64,000 nt of DNA, taken from positions 672,001 to 736,000 of the forward strand of contig OZ220733.1 of the NCBI GenBank assembly GCA_965116875.1. The letters run 5' to 3'. This stretch comes from Candidatus Latescibacterota bacterium. GTDB lineage: Bacteria > Latescibacterota > UBA2968 > GCA-2709665. The position numbers were made by a program, and so were the translations under genes. The notes under the pieces are model-generated. The model had not been told where the DNA came from, ran no database searches, and saw only the letters and a program-made list of their open reading frames with translations. Positions 38,752-51,253 of the stretch are shown piece after piece (the stretch's first letter is position 1; each line of letters begins with the position of its first letter).

Positions 38752-39419
38752 CGCATGCCCCCCCTGCGCCGCTGGCCCTCGCGCTTCTCCTCACGCTTTT
38801 CCTGCTGCTTCTCGTCTTCTTTCGGTTTGGACGACTGGCCGCCGCCCGAATCCCGCGGTTTCGAGGCGGTTCTCGACGTGCTGCCCGAACTTTTCGGATT
38901 CGAGTCGGCCCGGATGGCGCTTGCCACCGGCGCCCGCCGCCTCCGCGTCGTCTTTCTCACCTTGCCCTTCCGGACCGTCCCGGCGGGTGCGTGCTCCCCA
39001 CCCCGCAATCCCGTGTATCTGATGCGCAGGCGCGGTTCGTGAAGGTCGATCGGATCTGCGTCGACCGGACGATACCTGTACTTGGGGGCGGGCAATCGTC
39101 CTCGCGCGAGGACCCGCCGCATCCACCCCCTCCACCACGGCCCGTATGCCGCGGTCCAGTAGGAATGTCTCCATCGGAAACCGCGTCGTGCCCACGACGG
39201 ATAACCGGGGAAATACGGTTCATAGTACGGCGCCACGACCCACCCGTACGGATCGAAACTGTTGTACACGTACTGTCTGTATACAACAACAGTGTCGGTT
39301 TCCGCAGACAGAGCGGAACCGACACGATCATCCGTTTCATATTCGGGCGGCCGAATCTGCGTGTAACATCCGGCAAGTGCGAACACACACGTCAGCGCGA
39401 GGCAGATACGATACACCAT
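38748..39419 (-). CDS. lipoprotein with Tyr/Trp/Pro-rich and basic disordered regions
   Basis: Lipobox LAGC followed by YTQ; stop overlaps the start of the FadL-like gene. Confidence 0.75.
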   Translation of the reverse strand: MVYRICLALTCVFALAGCYTQIRPPEYETDDRVGSALSAETDTVVVYRQYVYNSFDPYGWVVAPYYEPYFPGYPSWARRGFRWRHSYWTAAYGPWWRGWMRRVLARGRLPAPKYRYRPVDADPIDLHEPRLRIRYTGLRGGEHAPAGTVRKGKVRKTTRRRRAPVASAIRADSNPKSSGSTSRTASKPRDSGGGQSSKPKEDEKQQEKREEKREGQRRRGGMR

Positions 39420-39682
39420 GGCAGCCTCCCCGGGATTGAAATCCGCAGTTCTCTTCAGCGCCGTTCCTTTACGAAATAATAGCCAATTTTCAACACGGGC
39501 ACAATACCCCGGGCATTGAATTCACATGTGGGAAGACGGGAGAGGTGAGACGGGAGAAGAGGCCCTTGCCGAATTGTCCCTCCGACTTGCCTGCGGCATG
39601 AGATGAAACCCCATACGGCATGCGATCTCTACCCTCTCACGTCTTCCCGCCCTTGGCTTACTGCTGATCGCTTGTCGCTTTC

Positions 39683-40024
39683 TCAGTTGCTCCTATGGAA
39701 GAGCCTTGCGACAAGGGAGCGGAACCCCGTGCCTTCGCGGCTGCCATGTTCGTCATCCGAACAGCAGGAATCCGATCCGGCTCCACCGGGCCCTGTTCTT
39801 GCGGCCAGGCGGGACACAATCTCGTCGTTTTCCGGAAACCGGCCTTCCTTCAGTTTCGAAAAGACCGTCTCCCCGTCAGCAGTGATTTCAAATCGCCCGC
39901 GTCCCGAGGGAGCCAGCGTGAAACGAGAGATGTCCGTCTTGTATTTTTCCAGCACATGGCGCGTCAAACTGACGGCCTCGTCCTCATAACCTCACATGGC
40001 GCAGTAGACGAGTTCGATATCCAT
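39683..40024 (-). CDS. SelT/SelW/SelH (Rdx family) selenoprotein, CxxU
   Basis: AAGGAG RBS, MDIELVYCAM-TGA(39992-39994)-GYEDEAVSL in frame with PSGRGRFEI..DGE.VFSK...GRFP; hairpin CGTCA-GTT-TGACG downstream of the TGA. Confidence 0.9.
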
Positions 40025-40084
40025 TCACAATCTCCTTTCGATTCCCTTTTTCCAACTGACGACTGATTGTCGGAGGCGCACCGC

Positions 40085-40717
40085 TCAGGCCGATTCTCCG
40101 ATATAGAATGCAGTTGTACGCTCGGCCGCCGCGTGCGCCGAGACCGGGTCCGTTCCAGCAGCTACGGCCGCCCGTTCCCATGCCTCGCTGCTGCCTGATA
40201 TATACGCCCTGCCTTCCGGTGACGCGACGAAGGCGGTCTCGTCCTGCAGTGGTTCGTCCGGATGCGTGATGTGGATCGAAAGTCCCGTGAGACCCAGTTC
40301 CCACCCCACGCCAGCCGCGCCCGGCCCATAGTCGTCCCAATGTTTCGAACGACGCGTGGTGTGCGTGAGTCTCAATCGCGCGTGGCCGGTACCGTCCTGC
40401 GCAATGCGGACCTCCACCCAGCTGACGTCCCCGCCGAACTCCCAGGTGACCTCGAAATGAGATGGTCTTCGACACGCTGTGATCACCCCGCCCGCGTTCC
40501 CCTCCAGCTGATAACGGCCGTCCAGTTCCAGTTCGCCACTGATCGGGAGAAACCAGCGCGAAATACGCTGTCCGTTCGTCACCGCGTCCCACAAGTCTTC
40601 CACCGTCGTGGGGTAGCTGCGAACAATGGCGACTGCATGAACGGATTCTCCATCGCGCTTTGGAGACGACACGCAGCGCGTTGCCGCGTTCAGTTGGGCT
40701 TCGACATTGAAACGCAT
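40085..40717 (-). CDS. SRPBCC/AHSA1 domain protein
   Basis: EDLWDAVT...ISRWFLPISG, GRYQLEGNAGG, GPGAAGVGWE. Confidence 0.88.
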   Translation of the reverse strand: MRFNVEAQLNAATRCVSSPKRDGESVHAVAIVRSYPTTVEDLWDAVTNGQRISRWFLPISGELELDGRYQLEGNAGGVITACRRPSHFEVTWEFGGDVSWVEVRIAQDGTGHARLRLTHTTRRSKHWDDYGPGAAGVGWELGLTGLSIHITHPDEPLQDETAFVASPEGRAYISGSSEAWERAAVAAGTDPVSAHAAAERTTAFYIGESA

Positions 40718-40733
40718 GGTGTCCTCCCTTCCG

Positions 40734-42194
40734 TCAGTGCGCCTTCGCGACGGCTCGTCGCGCGATGCTCCGAAGGAGCCCGCCGAACAACAGGACGTGG
40801 ATCGGATACAGGGCGTGCCAGTAGATGCGCCCCCACAGGCCCGATGGGTCGAACACGGCGGTCTGCCGTATCCTGGACGCGCCTCCGTCCCGTGGCGTGA
40901 CGTCGAATTCGAGCCAGCCCCGCCCGGGCAGCTTCATCTCTGCCGCAAGCCTGAGACGAACGTTCCCCTCAACGACGTCCACCCGCCAGCAGTCCAGGAC
41001 GTCGCCCGCGGCCAGGTTCTCCGGGTCCCGGCGGCCGCGATTCATGCCCACGCCACCCAGCGCCAGATCGACCCAACCGCGCAGGCGCCACATCCAGTCG
41101 CCGAAGTACCAACCGTTGACACCGCCGATGCGCTGAATGGGGGCGAACGCAGCCGAGGGCCTCACCGGCAGGTCGACAGCCGCCGAGTGGACCAGCCGCC
41201 CGCGGAGACGGACGCCGCCCCAACGCAGGACCGTTCCGGACGCCAGCGCGGCCTCCGACCACGGCGTGTTGGCGAACGCCGCGTCCTCGTCCTCGACGGC
41301 CCGTGCGGTGGCCTCCCGCAACCCGAGCGGCCGGACCGGAAATACCGCTCCTGCGGTTGCATCGTTGACGACGGTCGCCGTGCGAAGACCGTCGACCAAT
41401 TCACGACCGACCCGCGCATAGACGGGCGTGGTCAGCCCAAGCCAGAGGCTGGAGAGACGCGGTGTCAGCAGCGGTACGGGAATCAGCAGGCGCCGGAGAC
41501 CGCGCTGCCGTGCGTACTCGCACATGATCTCACGGTAGGAGACCACGTCCGCTCCGCCAATTTCGAACAGCCGGCTCTTTCCATGGGGAAGGTCAAGCGC
41601 CGCGACAAGATACGCGATCAGGTCGGCAAGCGCGATCGGCTGGGTGGGCGTGCGCACCCACGACGGACAGACCATCACCGGCAGGCGTTCGACCAAGGCC
41701 CGGATGAGTTCGAACGAAAGGCTGCCGGCGCCCAGCACAATGCCGCTGCGGAACTCGATCACGGGCACGCCGGACGCCCGCAAAACCTCTCCCGTCTCAT
41801 GGCGGCTGCGCAAATGCTTTGAAAGTCCCTCGGCGGCGCCGAGACCGCCCACGTAAACGATGCGCCGGACGCCGGCAGCGCGGGCCGCGTTACCGAAGTT
41901 GCGCGCCGCCTGGCGGTCCCGGGATTCGAAATCGGCGCTGCCGCCCATCGAATGGACCAGATAATAAGCGGTGTCGATTCCCGCGAATGCGCCCTGCAGC
42001 GAATCCGGATCCAGGCAGTCGGCGCAAACAACGCTGCTCGTCGGTCCAATCCTTCCGTTGAGCGCATCAGGACGGCGGGTCATGCAACGGACGGGGCGAT
42101 CCGTCGCCACGAGCGCCTCGAGCAACCGCCCGCCGATGCAGCCCGTGGCGCCGGTCAGCAGGATTTCCGGCTGTGGTTTCGTCCCAATCGTCAT
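40734..42194 (-). CDS. atypical SDR with DUF2867 domain (YbjT-like)
   Basis: LLTGATG.IG, AYYLVHSM, S.HLRSR, IGG..GWY, AEMKLPG..WL, F.P.GL.G..YW. Confidence 0.9.
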   Translation of the reverse strand: MTIGTKPQPEILLTGATGCIGGRLLEALVATDRPVRCMTRRPDALNGRIGPTSSVVCADCLDPDSLQGAFAGIDTAYYLVHSMGGSADFESRDRQAARNFGNAARAAGVRRIVYVGGLGAAEGLSKHLRSRHETGEVLRASGVPVIEFRSGIVLGAGSLSFELIRALVERLPVMVCPSWVRTPTQPIALADLIAYLVAALDLPHGKSRLFEIGGADVVSYREIMCEYARQRGLRRLLIPVPLLTPRLSSLWLGLTTPVYARVGRELVDGLRTATVVNDATAGAVFPVRPLGLREATARAVEDEDAAFANTPWSEAALASGTVLRWGGVRLRGRLVHSAAVDLPVRPSAAFAPIQRIGGVNGWYFGDWMWRLRGWVDLALGGVGMNRGRRDPENLAAGDVLDCWRVDVVEGNVRLRLAAEMKLPGRGWLEFDVTPRDGGASRIRQTAVFDPSGLWGRIYWHALYPIHVLLFGGLLRSIARRAVAKAH

Positions 42195-42478
42195 GCGGTG
42201 ATTCCAGCTGCGCCTCTACCATGATGCACTGCGGTCCTGTTTTGTGACCAACGACGCGCGACCGGCCGTTCGCACATTCAAACAGGAGGACCTCGGCGAT
42301 CCGACCTGGTACGAATATACAAAAGGGGGACGTGGGACTCAACCCGTTCCCCCTCAGATTCGGTAGGCAGTGAGACGTAATTGGCACATCTCAGGTTCGT
42401 TTTGTCAGTGTTAGCGCTCGCATCAGGCCAAAACATCAATCGCCCGGACTGTCAGATGAAGGCTTGTGAAAGAATCAG

Positions 42479-42520
42479 TTGACATTGCGCATCAAATCAC
42501 GTAGATATTTGCATGTGATC
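42479..42520 (+). promoter_or_regulatory. TA promoter with operator-like inverted repeat
   Basis: TTGACA-17-TAGATA overlapped by ATCAC...GTGAT. Confidence 0.45.
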
Positions 42521-42540
42521 AACTGAAATGGAGCCCTATC

Positions 42541-42798
42541 GTGAAAACCGCTCTTATTCAAATCGGAAACTCGCGAGGCATACGAATTCCCAAGGCGTTC
42601 CTGGAGCAGTGCCGACTACATGAAACAGTGGAACTTGAACTCTGTGCCGACCACCTCATTATTCGTGCGGCGACCCCGCCTCGGAGCGGTTGGGAGGACG
42701 CCTTTCGTGACATGCGGGAAAAAGGTGACGATACCTTACTGGATGAAGTGTCTCATTCAGTTACCAGATGGGATGACACGGAGTGGGAATGGCAGTGA
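42541..42798 (+). CDS. AbrB/MazE-family antitoxin
   Basis: IQIGNSRGIRIPK, PR.GW..AF, WD..EWEW. Confidence 0.9.
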   Translation: MKTALIQIGNSRGIRIPKAFLEQCRLHETVELELCADHLIIRAATPPRSGWEDAFRDMREKGDDTLLDEVSHSVTRWDDTEWEWQ

Positions 42799-43113
42799 GT
42801 CGTTTCGACGTGTACGTGGTGCGGCTAGATCCGGCACAAGGGCGCGAGATTCAGAAAACGCGCCCTTGTCTCGTTATATCGCCGGACGAGTTGAATCGTC
42901 AGATCGGAACCGTCATCGTTTGCCCCGCTGACGACAACGGAACGCACCTATCCTACGCGCGTATCGATTCGTTTCCAGAGGAAAAGCGGACAGATTGTGC
43001 TGGATCAGGTACGCACGGTTGACAAAACGCGCCTCGTCGGTCGACTGGGAAGAATCAGCGACAGTGAAGCGCTGGAAGTCCTGGCCGTGTTACGGAAAAT
43101 GTTCGCGCCGTAG
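42789..43113 (+). pseudogene. PemK/MazF toxin, frameshifted
   Basis: LDPAQGREIQKTRPCLVISPDELN; removing one T from 42919-42921 restores IVAPLTT...YPTRV...LDQVRTVDK.RL...KMFAP*. Confidence 0.88.
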
Positions 43114-43154
43114 GCCCTGCCAGCTGGAATACGGCGAACGGGATTCACGGTTAA

Positions 43155-43735
43155 TTGCGCTTCGGTCAAATTCATCTCTTCTGCGTCTCAATCCATGGGA
43201 TTCGAGGCATAGACGCCGCAAATGTCCTGGAGAACGGAGAGGTGTCGTATCGCGCCAGGTGTCGTACCGCGCCACAATCGGCGGATTTCGCCAGTCTCAA
43301 TCTCAGTCGGCCGAGGACTTCGCCGAGGAGGTCCGGAATATCATCACGAGGGACAATCTTGCGGGGTGGAGCGTGCGGGTGATCCAAAAAGGGGCGAAAG
43401 CTGTCATCCGAAAAGCCGAGGCGAGGGACAAAGAGGTCTATATCGAACTCGACAAACTGTCAGGCGCCCGCCACGCCGTTCGCCTCAAAGTCAGTCGAGA
43501 CAATTACACAGTTGCCGAAGTCGATCGCCTTTTTGACATAGCCTTTGCTGCGAGCGAAGCGGAATTGGCAGGTTCGGAAGAAACCGTGCTACTCAGGATG
43601 AGTATGACCATCGAAGAAGTAATCGACCGGAAGGGCAAACCCGGAACGCGCGTTGAACTCGGCTCCAAAACCATCCTCGCCTATGATGACTTGATGCTGA
43701 TCTTCAAGGACGGAAAGCTGGTGGATGCGCTGTAG
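43155..43735 (+). pseudogene. hypothetical protein disrupted by a 17-bp tandem duplication
   Basis: AGGTGTCGTAYCGCGCC twice (43240-43273) joins two protein-like frames; C-terminus GKP..RVELGSKTIL.Y....IFKDGKLVD. Confidence 0.55.
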
Positions 43736-43755
43736 GGGCGACCGGCCGGTCGCCC
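43732..43755 (+). repeat. GTAG-type REP palindrome
   Basis: GTAGGGGCGACCGGCCGGTCGCCC, identical copy at 63208-63231. Confidence 0.75.
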
Positions 43756-44411
43756 TGCAGGCAACATTGTCGTTCCGTTACGGACACACGCCTGGCGGAA
43801 TCGTTACCGTGGCGTGTTCACGACGGTTCCCGCGAATCAGTACGTCATTCCCACATCCAAATATCGCATCGCGCCTCTGGCAACTCCGGAATTCGCTCGA
43901 GGCGCGATGTGCGTTTCAGGCGATGTTTCCTCCCTCATTCTGATGGATGATTCGCTGCGGGACCTCTTCGCCTTGGAAGCTGTCAGCGGAACTTCGCAGC
44001 GCGTGAAGTGGTGTATTTCTCCATACAACCGCTGTAAACCGAAGGCAGGAACGCAGCGGGTGTCATCAGGATTTGCAGGACGGGTCCGGCGCCGAACCGG
44101 TCGATAGGGCCAGCACGATTCCTTTCGCGCCAATCAGGCCACCCATGATCGGCATATTAGCGTGAAAGAATCCGAAAAAAAGGTGGTTTCCTTGCCCAAG
44201 GCATTGGTTTATATTGTGGTTACGCAAATAATGATTACACGACGAAAGAGGATGAAACGACCTTGGAAGAACAAGACAAACATCACAAGGAGACGTCTGT
44301 GAATTTGACATCGGAAACCGGTGCAACCTCACGCCACGCCGCTGCCGTGCCGCCGGCAGGCGCCGCCCGCACGCCTTGAACACGCCAGATCCGTCACAGC
44401 CCGGGCACTGC

Positions 44412-48306
<3,895 letters not shown>

Positions 48307-48314
<8 letters not shown>

Positions 48315-50151
48315 CCTGCGCGAGATGCTTGCCGACGGACGGGTTCTGGTGACGGACGGCGCCATGGGCACGGCGCTTTACGAACGGGGTGTGTTCGTGA
48401 ACGTCTGCTACGACGAACTGAACGCGACGCACCCGGAACTCGTCGAGGAGGTACACACGCAATACCTCCGCGCAGGGGCGGACATCCTGGAGACGAACAC
48501 CTTCGGCGCAAACCCGGTGAAGCTCTCGTCGTACCGTCTTGAGGACCGCACCGAGGAACTGAACCGTCTCGCCGCCGGGATCGCCTTGCGGGCGGGGCGT
48601 GGACGGGCGGCGGTGACGGGCGCGATCGGGCCGCTGGGGATTCGGGTCGAGCCGTTGGGACCCACGTCGCTTGAGGAGGCTCGAGAGTACTTCGGCCGTC
48701 AGGTGGACGGGCTGCTGGCGGGTGGCGTGGACGGGTTCATCCTGGAGACCTTTTCCGACCTGGCCGAACTGGAGCAGGCGTTCCGGGCCGTGAAGAGCCG
48801 GTGCGATCTTCCCGTGATCGTCCAGGTGACGGTGGAGGACGACGACGGCAAGACAGCTTCGGGCGCTTCGGCCGAGCAGGCCGCACGTGCGGCGGACGAC
48901 TGGGGCGCCGACGTGGTGGGCCTCAACTGCTCAATCGGTCCGGCGGTTGTGCTGGAGGTGCTGGAGGGCATGGCCCGTGTCACGTCACGTCCGCTTTCGG
49001 CCCAGCCCAACGCGGGGTCCCCCACGGTGGTGCGCGAACGCAAGATGTACCTCACGCGGCCCGACTACATGGCGCAATATGCGCGCCGTCTCATCGACGC
49101 GGGCGCGCGGATCGTGGGAGGCTGTTGCGGGACGACCCCGGAACACATCCGCCGCATCAGCGAGCAGGTCGCCGCCAGCCAGCCGCGCACGACGTCGGTT
49201 CGGATTGCCCGCGAAGCGGCCATCGACGTGAACGGGAAGCCGAAGCCGCCGCTGGCGACGCGTTCCGCCCTCGGCCGGCGATTGGCACAGGGCGACTTCG
49301 TGGCCTCGGTTCAGATCCTCCCGCCGCGGGGATGGGACACCACAGCGCTCGTGAGGGACTGCCGCGCGCTGGGCGCAGCCGGGGCCGACGTGATCGCCGT
49401 CCACGAGGAACGGGGCGCCGCGCGGCTTGGCGTGTTCGCCGCTGCCGCATCCATCGCGCGCTCCTGTCCGGGCATCGAGCCGCTCGTCCACTATACCTGT
49501 CGCGACCGCAAGCTCTCCCGGATGATGAGCGACCTCCTGGGTGCGGCCGCGACCGGTCTGCACAATGTTCTGCTGCTGACGGGCGATCCTCCCGGACCCG
49601 CCCACTACCCCGACTACCAGTCTGTCGTCGACGTCGACTCGATCGGTCTCACGAACGTCGTGACGGGACTGAACGCCGGAATCGGTCCCTTCGGCAACGT
49701 TCTGGGCGAACCGACAGGGTTCGTGGCGGGCGTCGCGCTGAACCAGGCGGCACACGACCGCATCCGGGAACTGGGCCGCTTCCACTGGAAGGTGGATGCC
49801 GGTGCTGATTTCGCCGTGTCTCAGCCGGTCTTCGACGCTGGCCAACTGCGCGGATTCCTGGCCGAAGTCGAACAAAGAATCCCCGTGATCGCGGGCATTC
49901 TGCCACTCGTGAGCGCCCGCCAGGCGGAGTATCTGCAGAACGAGGTACCGGGCGTGCATGTGCCGGACGAGGTGGTGGAAAGGATGCGGCGGGCAGAGAC
50001 GCAAGGGGTTGGCAGGGCCGTGGCCGAGGGGATGACAATCGCTTGTGAAATTGCCGGGGAGTTGCGGGGCGAGGTCGCCGGCGTCCAGGTCTCGGCGATC
50101 CGTGCAGGAGTGGACGCCGTGTTGGGGGTGGTGGAGGGGATGCGGAGGTGA
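48307..50151 (+). CDS. bifunctional homocysteine S-methyltransferase / MTHFR (YitJ-like)
   Basis: [21 protein letters not shown], then [26 protein letters not shown]. Confidence 0.92.
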
Positions 50152-50161
50152 GTCGGAGAAA

Positions 50162-51088
50162 TCACTCTGATTCGCAGTTCGAGATGCTCCCCAACCGACC
50201 CACGACCTCACGACCCCGCAGGTTGCTCACGTACACCTTCTCCGCCCCGGCGTCCCTGAGTAAGCGGATCGAGCGCGCGCAGACGTCGTCGGCGCTCATC
50301 CCGGCTGCAAATTCTGCCGTGATCTCCCGGCGCGGAACCGGGAAATAGCGGTCCAGATACCTGAGCGTGCGGGGATTGGCGCTGCGGTACAGGAACACGC
50401 CGTACACGACCGGAACGTCCACACCCAGGCGTTCCAACTCAGTGCGGAACAGCTCCACCCGGCCGAGCGAGTGGTGCGATACGATCTGCGTGAGGACGAA
50501 GTCGGCGTTGTAATCCCGGTCAGCTACCAGGCGAGCCTGCTCGATCGGATCCCGGTGCGGGTTCGCCCATCCGCCAAGGGGGAATCCGGGCTGCGCGCGT
50601 CGCAGGATGGCGCGCAGGTCCTTGCCGTGGGGAACGCATCGCTCGGGCCCGACCGTGTGGTCACCCCCCACCACGGCCACCCCGGCCACCCCCAATCCCA
50701 CCGCTCGCCGCGCAAAGAGCCGGCAATACTCCAGCGGGTGTTTGCACGTCAGAAACGGCACCACCGTCTCCAGGTCGGCGGCGGCGCCAAGATTCGCGGT
50801 CAGATGGGCCAGGCTCTCTTCCTCCGGGTCTCCGGCGGCGTTGTCGGTGAGGAGGACGAAAGTACCGTTGCGGGCAAGACGTCGGACCGAATGGTACATG
50901 TCGATCCAGACGTCAATGCCGCGTGTCGCGTCCAGACCCAGCCGGGGCGGCCGCAACTCGACGCCGACCAACGGCCCCGGTGCGCTCAGTCGCGCCAGGA
51001 TGTCCGTCGACGGCCCGGGGCGCTCGTCTTCCGGTGGGCGATGGACCTCGATGCCCCCTTCCCGATCCGTCGATCGATTGATCATCAC
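50162..51088 (-). CDS. divergent methylenetetrahydrofolate reductase-like protein
   Basis: VELRPP, LTDN, FLTCKH, VVGGD, GGWANPH, ADFVLTQ, PVVYGV. Confidence 0.75.
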   Translation of the reverse strand: MMINRSTDREGGIEVHRPPEDERPGPSTDILARLSAPGPLVGVELRPPRLGLDATRGIDVWIDMYHSVRRLARNGTFVLLTDNAAGDPEEESLAHLTANLGAAADLETVVPFLTCKHPLEYCRLFARRAVGLGVAGVAVVGGDHTVGPERCVPHGKDLRAILRRAQPGFPLGGWANPHRDPIEQARLVADRDYNADFVLTQIVSHHSLGRVELFRTELERLGVDVPVVYGVFLYRSANPRTLRYLDRYFPVPRREITAEFAAGMSADDVCARSIRLLRDAGAEKVYVSNLRGREVVGRLGSISNCESE

Positions 51089-51253
51089 AGATCGGCTCCC
51101 TGATCATCCTCTGACCGAAAACCGAGGCCGGCGGTCAGCCGCGGGTACGGTCCCGCTTCGTCCGCCGGCCGATGGGACGTCCGGTCGATGAAAGTTCTGA
51201 CGAAGTTGGAGCGAAGGACCCGTAAGCGGCGGCCATGGCGGTCCGTTGCGTGC

